Assembly: GCA_004297985.1 (NCBI GenBank)
Contig: SCRA01000017.1
Span: 28,941 to 92,940, forward strand
DNA length: 64,000 nucleotides
DNA from: a bacterium
Lineage (GTDB): Bacteria; Vulcanimicrobiota; Vulcanimicrobiia; Vulcanimicrobiales; SCRA01
Direction of reading: 5' to 3'
In this document: in pieces, positions 25,041 through 33,266 of the stretch
Position numbering within the stretch: the first letter of the stretch is position 1
Layout: each line of letters starts with the position of its first letter
Made by a program: the position numbers and the translations under genes
Notes under the pieces: generated by a model
Databases searched by the model: none
What the model saw: only the letters and a program-made list of their open reading frames with translations
What the model was told of the DNA's origin: nothing

Positions 25041-25176
25041 GCTGCACTCTCTCCAAGGCGGAAAGGCGATCGCGCCCAGCCTGGAGGGCTGGACGAGATC
25101 GTGGTATGGCTTGGCCGTACAGCAGTCTAGCGGATAATCCTTTTACAAATGGGCGACCAGGGTCGCTTCCCGTTCC

Positions 25177-26355
25177 TTATTTGACGAGGAAACCGGTATT
25201 TCTGGCGGCGCGCCGGTAGATCCAAGCGCCGTCGCGCAGCTCGTAGAAGTAGACGTTCGGCTCCAAGGGGTCGCCCTGGGGCGTGAAGCGGAAGCTGCCT
25301 ACGACCGTATCGAAAGCGCCTTGGGCGATCGCCGTGCGCAGCGTCGAGCGGCTCCCGCCCCCCGTGTTCTTCACGGCCTGGGCGATGATCTGCGCGGCGG
25401 CGTAGCAGAAAGCGGCGATGGGCGTCATAGCGCCGTAGCGCGCCCGGTAGGCGTCGGCGTCGAAGCGCACTTGGGGCGCCAGCGCCAGCGGCGGCATCGA
25501 GGTCGAGGCCACCATCCCCTCGGCTTGCTTGGCGTAGCTCTTCACGGTCGTCTCGTTCCAGAAGCCTTGCGAGGCGGCGAAGAGCCCCGTGTACCCCGCC
25601 GCGCGCAGCGCGCCCAACAACGGCCCTAAGCGCTCGCTGACGCCGGCGAAATAGACGGCGTGCGGAGAGTGCTCGGCCACCGCCGCGACCGCGGCGCTCC
25701 AGTCGGGCTTCTCGAGATCGACCACGACCTGACTGGCCGAGGCCCCCTTCGCTGCGTTGAACTCTTGAAGAAAGCCGGCGGCAACGGCGGGACCGTAGGA
25801 GGCGGGCTGAGAGATGACGACTGCGGAGCTCACCTTGAGGACATTGACTGCGTCGAGAGCGCCGAGCTGACCTTCGACGGTATCCTTGGTGGGCAGACGA
25901 AAGACGATGTCGTAGTTCTTGGCCGTCACGTCGTCGGCCGTCGTCGTAGGCACGAGCAGCGGCAGGCGGTTCTGGTAGTACCTCTGGAGCGCGAACTCGG
26001 TGGTGTCGGCGCGCAGGTGACCGATCGCCGCGCTGATGTCGTCACCGGCCGCGAACTGAGCGACCTGTTGCGCGACGCCGATGTCGTCGATATCATCGTA
26101 GGTGCGAAACTGTACGGCGCGCTGGAAGATGCTCGTCCCGCGGTTGGCTTCGTCGAAGGCTTGGCGCACGCCGTTGGCCATCTGCTCGCCCAAGCTGCGG
26201 TCGGGTCCGGTGAAGGGGCCCATGAGGCCTATCTGTATAGGGTTGGTAAGCGGTGAGGTACCGCCTTGAAAGACTTGGGCGGAGGCGGGGCGCGCGGCGG
26301 CGGCGTACAGGCCGGCGGCGAGCGATCCGGTGAGAAATCGGCGGCGATCGATCAT
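25177..26355 (-). CDS. Liv-family (type I) periplasmic binding protein with Tat-type signal, orphan
   Basis: MIDRRRFLTGSLAAGLYAAAARPASA is a twin-arginine signal. The PBP pattern IGLMGPFTGPDRSLGEQMANGVRQAFDEAN follows. The ATG overlaps the UbiA-family gene stop (ATGA). Confidence 0.8.
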   Translation of the reverse strand: MIDRRRFLTGSLAAGLYAAAARPASAQVFQGGTSPLTNPIQIGLMGPFTGPDRSLGEQMANGVRQAFDEANRGTSIFQRAVQFRTYDDIDDIGVAQQVAQFAAGDDISAAIGHLRADTTEFALQRYYQNRLPLLVPTTTADDVTAKNYDIVFRLPTKDTVEGQLGALDAVNVLKVSSAVVISQPASYGPAVAAGFLQEFNAAKGASASQVVVDLEKPDWSAAVAAVAEHSPHAVYFAGVSERLGPLLGALRAAGYTGLFAASQGFWNETTVKSYAKQAEGMVASTSMPPLALAPQVRFDADAYRARYGAMTPIAAFCYAAAQIIAQAVKNTGGGSRSTLRTAIAQGAFDTVVGSFRFTPQGDPLEPNVYFYELRDGAWIYRRAARNTGFLVK

Positions 26356-27257
26356 GCGATGTACCCTGCCAGCGATGCGGCGAGAACGACGAGTGAGAAG
26401 AGCATATTGGCTTTGAAGATTCGGTCGTTCATCAGAAGGACGTTGCTCGAGCGCAGCTCGCGCGCCTCGTACGCGATCAGTACTGCGCCGGCCGCCACGG
26501 AGAGGTACCACCACGGCCCGCTGCCCGCGGTCAGTCCTACCAGCGCCAAGAGCGCTGTGGTCGCTCCGTGGAGGAGCAACGTCGCCGTGCGCGTCGCGTG
26601 CTCGCCGAAAGCGGCAGGGAACGAGTGGATGCGGTTGCGCCGATCCGCTTCGATATCCATCAACGAGTAGGGTAGGTCGAAGCCGGCTACCCAGAGCAGC
26701 ACGGCGAGGAAGAGCAAACCCGCCGGCGGCGCCACCGCCGCCGCCACGCCGACGTAGGCACCTAGCGGTGCCAGCGCGTCGACGGCGCCCAGCATGAGGT
26801 GCGCCCCCCAGGTGAAGCGCTTGAAGAGCGGGTAGGTGAGCACGCCTACGGCGGCCACCGGGAGCAGCTTGACGCACAGCGGGTTGAGCTGCCAGGCGGC
26901 GACGATCAGCAACGCGAGGCCGCCGGCGATCGCCCCCCACATCACCGCGGGGCGCAGCCGTCCGCTGGCCAGGGGACGGTTCTTCGTGCGCGGGGTGATG
27001 CGGTCGATGTCGCGGTCGATGATGCGGTTGGCGGCCATCGCTACGGTGCGCGCGCCGAACATGGCGACGGTTATCCAGAGAATCTGGAGTAGCGTGGGGT
27101 GGCCGCGGCCCGCGATGACCGCGCCGACGTAGGCGAAGGGAAGCGCGAAGAGCGTATGCGAGATGCGGATGTCCTGGAGAAAGAGCTTGGTCTGCTCTCC
27201 CAGGGTCGTCGCAGTGCGGCTGGCCATCAAGGGCGGTATGTTGTCGCTTCCCTGCAT
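26352..27257 (-). CDS. UbiA-family aromatic prenyltransferase
   Basis: It has the NxxxDxxxD motif (ANRIIDRDIDRITPRTKNRPLASG) and a multi-TM pattern. The start could be ATG 27257 or ATG 27227; neither has a strong RBS. Confidence 0.85.
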   Translation of the reverse strand: MQGSDNIPPLMASRTATTLGEQTKLFLQDIRISHTLFALPFAYVGAVIAGRGHPTLLQILWITVAMFGARTVAMAANRIIDRDIDRITPRTKNRPLASGRLRPAVMWGAIAGGLALLIVAAWQLNPLCVKLLPVAAVGVLTYPLFKRFTWGAHLMLGAVDALAPLGAYVGVAAAVAPPAGLLFLAVLLWVAGFDLPYSLMDIEADRRNRIHSFPAAFGEHATRTATLLLHGATTALLALVGLTAGSGPWWYLSVAAGAVLIAYEARELRSSNVLLMNDRIFKANMLFSLVVLAASLAGYIA

Positions 27258-27314
27258 GGGAACCTGGTGAAGAGCTGAAGGTCCCTGCGCACGACCGCGC
27301 GCATACCCGGCATC

Positions 27315-29906
27315 GTGAGACCGTTTGCAGCGCTCTTCGCAGCCTCGCTCGCCGCCGTCTTCCTCTGCCTGCACGGTGGGGCGGCGTACGCCGCCGGGCC
27401 GGAGAGCTACGCGGAGTTCACCAAGGGCGCGGAGCAGCAGCACGGACTGCTCACCGTGTGGCGCAAGCATGGCGATGTCTACCTGGAGATCGCGCCCGAT
27501 CAGCTTGGCCAGGACTTCATCGAGGCGGCCGTTCCCGTCAATGGCCTCGGCGGTTTCGCCATCTTTCCCGGTTATGTTTACTTGGCGCCGGCGCGCATCA
27601 TGCGCTTCACCAAGGCTGACGACAAGATCGTGATCACCTGGCCGAACACGATCTACGACGCGAAAAATCCGTCGGCGGCGCTGGCCGCGGCAACGACCTA
27701 TGCGCAGTCGGTCGTTGCGCTGTCCCCCGTCGTCGCGGTCGACAAGGCCGATGGGCACATCGTCTTCGATGCCAAGCCGTTCCTGGGAGACGTCTCCGCC
27801 GTAGCCGGTACGCTGGAGGAGAGCCTGGGCAGCAAGAACCCGCTCGACGCCTACCGCCTCGACGCCGCACGCGGCTACTTTGGGAAGACGGAGGCATTCC
27901 CTGAGAACGTGGTGATCGAGGCGGCACAGACGTTTACCAGCGCGCAGCCGAAGGTCATCGACAACGTTCCCGACCCGCGCAGCATTCAGCTCAAGATCGA
28001 CTACAATATCGCGCGCGCCCCCGATGTCGCGGACTATCGGCCGCGCCTCGCCGACTCGCGGGTGGGCTTCTGGAGCATCACGCGCCTCTCGTACGGAGAC
28101 TACGCCGCGCGCGACAATCGCGAGCGCTTCATCATGCGTTGGAACGTGCAGCCCAGCGACCCGGCCAAACCGATCTCACCGGCGAAGGATCCGCTGGTCT
28201 ACTACCTGAGCCGCACGATACCGCCGGAGTACCGCCAGACGGTTCGCGACGCGCTGCTCAGTTGGAACGCGGCTTTCGAGAAGATCGGCATGAGCGGCGC
28301 CGTCGAGGTGCGTGATCAGCCCGACGACCCCGACTGGAGCCCCGATGACATCCGCTACAACGTGGTGCGCTGGGTGACCGGCTCAAACGTTCAGTTCGGC
28401 GCGGAGGCTGAGGTGGTCTACGATCCGCGGACCGGCCAGGAGATCAACGTCGGGGTACTGCTCGACGGCAACGACCTGCGCTTCGTCAACAACGTAAGCG
28501 ATTTCGAGGTTCAGCCGCTGCGCTCGGTATCGCCGCGCCGCGAGCCGGAGATGAGCTTCGGCGAGCAGATGCGCCTGCAGGGCGCCTTCGCGATGGACGC
28601 GCTCCAAGCCATGGGAAGCGACGTCGACGCCGCCTTCGCGCAGAAATTCCGCGAACAGGCGCTGCGAGCGATCGTTCTCCACGAGTCGGGGCACGACTTC
28701 GGCCTCAACCACAACTTCATCGGCTCCGAGGCCTACAGCGCGGCGCAGATCCGCAGCAAAGCCTTCACGCAGACCAACGGCATCGCCTCCAGCGTGATGG
28801 AGTACGCGCCGGTGAACCTCTGGCCGAAGGGCACCTCCAGCGGAGACTACTTCCAGGAGGTGTTGGGGCCGTACGACTACCACGCCATCCAGTACGGCTA
28901 CGCTACGATTCCCGATGCCAAGTCACCCGAGGACGAGAAGCCCGCGCTGGAGAGACTCGCTGCGCACTGGGCCGATCCGCGCTTCCGGTTCGCGGGCGAC
29001 GAAGACAGTAACTTCACCGGCGGCCATGCCGTGGACCCGCGAGTCAACATCGAGGATCTCACGGACGATCCGCTCTCGTGGTGCGCGACGCAGCTCTCGC
29101 TCACCCGCGATCTGCTGAAGCGTCTCGACGCGCGCGAGCCGCGCTACGGTCAGCCCTACGAGGTGGCGCGCCAGGCGTTCGGCACACTGCTGGGCCACGA
29201 GCGCTACTGTCTGGAGATTCCCGAGCACTACATCGGTGGTGCCTATCTCTCACGCTCACACAAGGGCGACCCCGGCGAGACGGTGCCGTTCCAGCCACTC
29301 TCGCGTGCGCTGGAGCGGCGCGCCTTCGCGATGCTCGACCGCTACCTGTTCTCAGAGAGGGCCTGGACGTTCTCTCCGAAGCTCCTGAACACGCTCACCT
29401 ACTCCGAGTGGAATAATTGGACCGAGGGCGCCTGGGCCTACGATCCGCCGGCGCGCCACGACGTGCCGGTGACGCAGATCGCCGCGAGCTATCAGGAGCG
29501 CGCGACGGCGATGCTCTTCGACCCGTCGATGCTCGCGCGGCTCGACCAGATCACGCTCAACGCCTCTCCCGGCGCGACGATGGACCTTTCCGACCTCTTC
29601 ACGTGGATGCAGCGCAGCGTCTACGGCGAGCTGAAGGATCGCCATCTTTCGACGATCGGACTCGTACGGCGCAACCTCCAGCAGCGCTACACTCACCGTC
29701 TCGCCGAGTTCGCGCTGAGTGCCCCCGACGGGACTCCCAGCGACGCCGTGGCACTGGCGAGGATGGAGCTGACCTCGCTGGGCGGCGATCTCCATCACGC
29801 GCTCGGTTCGCGCTCGCTCGACACGATGACGCGCGCCCATCTGCTCGACCTCGCCTCCGTCGTGCACGAGGCGCTGGGCGCCCATACGGTGATTCCCGAA
29901 CACTAA
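27315..29906 (+). CDS. Secreted zinc-dependent metalloprotease (met-zincin, DUF4953/DUF5117-like)
   Basis: It has a signal peptide (MRPFAALFAASLAAVFLCLHGGAAYA) and an HExxH site in VLHESGHDFGLNHNF. The N-terminal GLLTVWRKHGDVYLEI pattern is typical of this family. Confidence 0.85.
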   Translation: MRPFAALFAASLAAVFLCLHGGAAYAAGPESYAEFTKGAEQQHGLLTVWRKHGDVYLEIAPDQLGQDFIEAAVPVNGLGGFAIFPGYVYLAPARIMRFTKADDKIVITWPNTIYDAKNPSAALAAATTYAQSVVALSPVVAVDKADGHIVFDAKPFLGDVSAVAGTLEESLGSKNPLDAYRLDAARGYFGKTEAFPENVVIEAAQTFTSAQPKVIDNVPDPRSIQLKIDYNIARAPDVADYRPRLADSRVGFWSITRLSYGDYAARDNRERFIMRWNVQPSDPAKPISPAKDPLVYYLSRTIPPEYRQTVRDALLSWNAAFEKIGMSGAVEVRDQPDDPDWSPDDIRYNVVRWVTGSNVQFGAEAEVVYDPRTGQEINVGVLLDGNDLRFVNNVSDFEVQPLRSVSPRREPEMSFGEQMRLQGAFAMDALQAMGSDVDAAFAQKFREQALRAIVLHESGHDFGLNHNFIGSEAYSAAQIRSKAFTQTNGIASSVMEYAPVNLWPKGTSSGDYFQEVLGPYDYHAIQYGYATIPDAKSPEDEKPALERLAAHWADPRFRFAGDEDSNFTGGHAVDPRVNIEDLTDDPLSWCATQLSLTRDLLKRLDAREPRYGQPYEVARQAFGTLLGHERYCLEIPEHYIGGAYLSRSHKGDPGETVPFQPLSRALERRAFAMLDRYLFSERAWTFSPKLLNTLTYSEWNNWTEGAWAYDPPARHDVPVTQIAASYQERATAMLFDPSMLARLDQITLNASPGATMDLSDLFTWMQRSVYGELKDRHLSTIGLVRRNLQQRYTHRLAEFALSAPDGTPSDAVALARMELTSLGGDLHHALGSRSLDTMTRAHLLDLASVVHEALGAHTVIPEH

Positions 29907-31396
29907 CGTCGGGGGGGGCGCTGGCCGCTCCAGTCGTCGGCGACGCCGCGTTCCAACACCCCCTCCAGTCCGTATTCATGCCAACGCCGGTCGACTATCG
30001 CCTTGGTTTCCTCGTCCATCACGATGTCCGGCGGCCACTCGCGCGCGTAGCCTTCGTCGGCCGCCTTGCGCGTGGCATCGATGCCGATCTTATGCCCCAG
30101 CGCCGGCGTGTACGAGGAGCTGTGATCGAGATCGTCCACCGGCCCGGGCACGATCATCAGATCGCGCGACGCATCGACGTTGTTGAGGGCGAACCATGCC
30201 GCCTGACGCACGTTCTGCACATCGACGTCGGCGTCCACGATCAGCAGGGCACGAGTGAGCATCATCATGTGACCCAAGCCCCACAGCGCGTTCATCACCT
30301 TGAAGGCGTGGCCGGGATACTGCTTGCGGATGGAGACGATCGCGAGGTTGTGGAAGCCGCCCTCCACGGGCAGGTTCATGTCCACCACTTCGGGGAGCAC
30401 CATCTGCAGAATCGGTAGGAAGATGCGCTCCGTGGCCTTGCCCAGCCACGCGTCCTCCATCGGCGGCTTTCCCACCAGCGTCGCCGCGAAGATCGGCAGT
30501 GCGCGGTGAGTGATCGCCTCGATATGGAACGTGGGGTACGTGTCGGCGAGGCTGTAGACGCCGGTGTGGTCGCCGAAGGGTCCCTCCGTGCGCAGGTCGG
30601 TGTTGTCGACGTACCCTTCCAGCACGAACTCGGCGTCGGCCGGTACGAGGATGTCGTTGGTCAACGACCGGACCATGCGCACCGGCGAGCCTTGCAGAAA
30701 ACCCGCCAGCGCCATTTCGTCGACGATCGGCGGCAACGGCGCCGTGGCGGCGTAGGTCACCGCCGGCGAGGCGCCCACGGCCACCGAGACGGGGACTCGC
30801 TCGCCCCACGTGCGCGCGTGCGAGCGCCCCTGCTTATGGCGTTGCCAGTGCATACCCGTGGTGCGCGCGTCGTAGACCTGCATGCGATACATGCCGCAGT
30901 TCTGCTGTCCGGTTTGCGCGTCGCGCGTGAAGACCAGCGGCAGCGTGATGAACGGGCCGCCGTCAAGCGGCCAGGTGGTGAGAATGGGGAGCTTGGTGAG
31001 ATCGGGCTCATCCATGCGAATATCTTGGCAGGAGCCGCCCGCAGCCTTGCGCGGGATGGCGTTGGCCAACGGGGCGAGGGAGAGCAGTTTCGTGAACGCT
31101 CCGCCCCAGGACTTCGGCAGTTGAAGATCGAGCGCGTTGCGCACGCGAAAACTCACGGCCTCGAGGGAATCGGCGCCGAAGGCCATGGCCATGCGCCGCT
31201 CCGTTCCGAATTGGTTGATGAGGAGCGGGAATGTTGAGCCGCGAACATTGGTAAAGAGGAGTGCGGGTCCGCCGGCTTTCATGATGCGGTCGGCGATCTC
31301 GGCGACTTCGAGATGGGGATCGACGGGGGCCGTGATCTCCACGAGTTCACCGGCCGTCCGGAGCGCGCGGACGAAGGTACCGAGGGAGTCGTACAA
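29903..31396 (-). CDS. UbiD-family (prenylated-FMN-dependent) decarboxylase
   Basis: The UbiD pattern is present (FVRALRTAGELVEITAPVDPHLEVAEI..., GPFGDHTGVYS). I set the start at TTG 31396 behind GAAGAGG. The upstream 93 codons of the ORF track are unsupported. Confidence 0.9.
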   Translation of the reverse strand: MYDSLGTFVRALRTAGELVEITAPVDPHLEVAEIADRIMKAGGPALLFTNVRGSTFPLLINQFGTERRMAMAFGADSLEAVSFRVRNALDLQLPKSWGGAFTKLLSLAPLANAIPRKAAGGSCQDIRMDEPDLTKLPILTTWPLDGGPFITLPLVFTRDAQTGQQNCGMYRMQVYDARTTGMHWQRHKQGRSHARTWGERVPVSVAVGASPAVTYAATAPLPPIVDEMALAGFLQGSPVRMVRSLTNDILVPADAEFVLEGYVDNTDLRTEGPFGDHTGVYSLADTYPTFHIEAITHRALPIFAATLVGKPPMEDAWLGKATERIFLPILQMVLPEVVDMNLPVEGGFHNLAIVSIRKQYPGHAFKVMNALWGLGHMMMLTRALLIVDADVDVQNVRQAAWFALNNVDASRDLMIVPGPVDDLDHSSSYTPALGHKIGIDATRKAADEGYAREWPPDIVMDEETKAIVDRRWHEYGLEGVLERGVADDWSGQRPPRR

Positions 31397-31514
31397 GATG
31401 ACCTCTTCGTGCGGAACTCGAGTGCTGGGGAAAGCGTTACCACAACAGTTAGGGGCGGCCCTACTCCACTGTCGCCGGAGGCCGGACCCGCCGCTGTGAA
31501 GGAGAGATAGAGTA

Positions 31515-31949
31515 GTGAAGCGACCGATCCTTGCTGCCGCCCTTGCCGGCGCACTTACGCTCGGGGCTCTTGGCGGGGCGTCCGCGGCCAGTCTGCTCGA
31601 CAAGGTGCTCCTGGGCGCCGGGGGTGTGTTGGCCGTCAAGGCCGTCGCCGCCCCGTTGAACAACTTCATCAACAACTTGATGGCCGCGAATCACGTAGCC
31701 AATCGCGATCACACGAAGGTCGTCCCCATCGTGACGGTAGGCTCGAACACCTACGTCGGCGCCGCCCAAGTCTCGGGCCCGACCTACAACGTCAACCGCG
31801 TACAGGCGGTCGGAGCCTTCAAGGGCGACTGGAACAACGGCGTCTGGAGCGTCAACGCCTTGATTCCGATCGACAACTTGAACGTGCTCAGGGGCTTCCA
31901 CCGCGTCTACGGCACCGGTGTCGACGCCATCGTCAACGCCAAGCTCTGA
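31515..31949 (+). CDS. Small secreted hypothetical protein
   Basis: The GTG start lies behind GAAGGAGAG. It has a signal peptide (MKRPILAAALAGALTLGALGGASAA). I recognise no family. Confidence 0.6.
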   Translation: MKRPILAAALAGALTLGALGGASAASLLDKVLLGAGGVLAVKAVAAPLNNFINNLMAANHVANRDHTKVVPIVTVGSNTYVGAAQVSGPTYNVNRVQAVGAFKGDWNNGVWSVNALIPIDNLNVLRGFHRVYGTGVDAIVNAKL

Positions 31950-31954
31950 GCCGC

Positions 31955-32295
31955 GAGCATCGCGTGGCGCACCCCTCGCTCCGGGACCGCGTTACCGCAC
32001 ATCGTGTGCGGCACGCTCTCGTTCCGCTCGCTTCCGGCCCTCCAGGCCTCGCTCGCTCCAGAGAGTCCCTGCGCGAGGAATGCGCCACGCTCGCTCGCTG
32101 ACGCGGGTGCGCAGCGTCTAGCCGGCGTCACGTCAGCGGCTGGGCGTGCGACCGTCTCTCCCAAGGGGGCTCTGAGGCGCGCGCGGAGGCGGGATGCCGA
32201 GAGCGCGCGCGAAGGCAGTAGGAGCGGTGCAGGATAGCACCGCGACGCGCGGCCCCTTGGGAGAGACGTCGCACGCCGCACCGCGGGCACGGACG
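31955..32295. repeat. Structured GC-rich intergenic repeat element, copy B (contains a ~23-bp-stem hairpin 32143-32277)
   Basis: CGTGCGACCGTCTCTCCCAAGGGG (32145-32168) pairs with CCCCTTGGGAGAGACGTCGCACG (32253-32275), with one bulge. It shares modules with copy A: CGTGCGAC(C)GTC, TCCGCTCGCT(T)CCGG, and the core GGCTCTGAGGCGCGCGCGGAGGCGGGATGC. Confidence 0.55.
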
Positions 32296-32300
32296 ACACG

Positions 32301-32726
32301 CTATCGCAAGACGTCGATCTCGTCGGCGTTGAGCGAGCCGTCGGCTTGCGACTGGCCGCGCACGCGCACCTTCATACCGTTCTGCAGCGTGGTGCCGGTT
32401 GGATTGATGACGGTGCCTTGGTGGAGATGCACCTGGCGGTACGTGGAGCCGCTGGTCGTCACCTGGAGGTCGAAGCGGCGGAAGTAGGTCACCGTTCCGG
32501 TGATGTCGTTCTGGTGATTGAGAATCGCTTGCTGAAGATTGAGCGTGAAGCCCTGCACGGCTTGGTTGATGATCTCCTTGAGCACGTCGGCGCTGGGGAG
32601 CGTGACCCCCGCCGGTGTGGCGGTGGGTGCCGGTGAAGGCTCCGGCGTGGGCTGAGCGAGAGCGGGGTTGCCTGCGGCGAGCAAGGCGGCGGCCAGCGCG
32701 AGCGCTGGAGCGATACGGTGCATCAT
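32301..32726 (-). CDS. Small secreted hypothetical protein (beta-rich, OB-like?)
   Basis: It has a signal peptide (MMHRIAPALALAAALLAAGNPALA), a Pro-rich linker and a beta-rich C-terminus (GTVTYFRRFDLQVTT...MKVRVRG). It is the last gene of the rpsO-pnp-GNAT string. Confidence 0.6.
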   Translation of the reverse strand: MMHRIAPALALAAALLAAGNPALAQPTPEPSPAPTATPAGVTLPSADVLKEIINQAVQGFTLNLQQAILNHQNDITGTVTYFRRFDLQVTTSGSTYRQVHLHQGTVINPTGTTLQNGMKVRVRGQSQADGSLNADEIDVLR

Positions 32727-32783
32727 GTGTCGAGAACGCGTGTAGCGTGTTCGGCGTTTCGCAGGGAGCGCTCGTTCGCCTTG

Positions 32784-33251
32784 CTAAAGCGGCCGCGTCT
32801 GGCTGTAGAGAAACGTTTCGAAGCCTTCGCTGCGATAGAGCGCGAGGGCCGTGGCGTTGTGTGGGGCTACGGAGAGCTGGACTCGCGCGTGGCCGGATCG
32901 GCGCCCCCACCGGTAGGCCTGGCGCAGGAGGCGGCGGCCCGTGCCGTGGCCGCGCGCTCTGCGCGTTACGTAAAGCGTGAGGACGACCGTATAGCGCTCG
33001 AGCGAGCAAGGGTCGCCGCGCTCCTCCAGCCAGACGTGGCCCGCGTAGCCTAACTCGTCCTCGGCGATGAAGAGGGCGCGGCGCGCCGCCCCGTCGGCGC
33101 GCAGGCGCAGATCGAAGCGGCGCGCACGCGCCTTGAACGTGGATACGGGGATGGCCGGAACGTAACGCGGCGCGAAGGAGAGCCAAGCGGCCTCGGCGTT
33201 CCCCCGCGCCACGTGGCGCCAATCGCTCTCGCGACCGGCGCGGATTCGCAT
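32784..33251 (-). CDS. GNAT-family N-acetyltransferase
   Basis: The acetyl-CoA-binding motif is present (VTRRARGHGTGRRLLRQAYRWGRRSG ... NATALALYRSEGF). Confidence 0.8.
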   Translation of the reverse strand: MRIRAGRESDWRHVARGNAEAAWLSFAPRYVPAIPVSTFKARARRFDLRLRADGAARRALFIAEDELGYAGHVWLEERGDPCSLERYTVVLTLYVTRRARGHGTGRRLLRQAYRWGRRSGHARVQLSVAPHNATALALYRSEGFETFLYSQTRPL

Positions 33252-33266
33252 TGGTCTTACGGCCTA

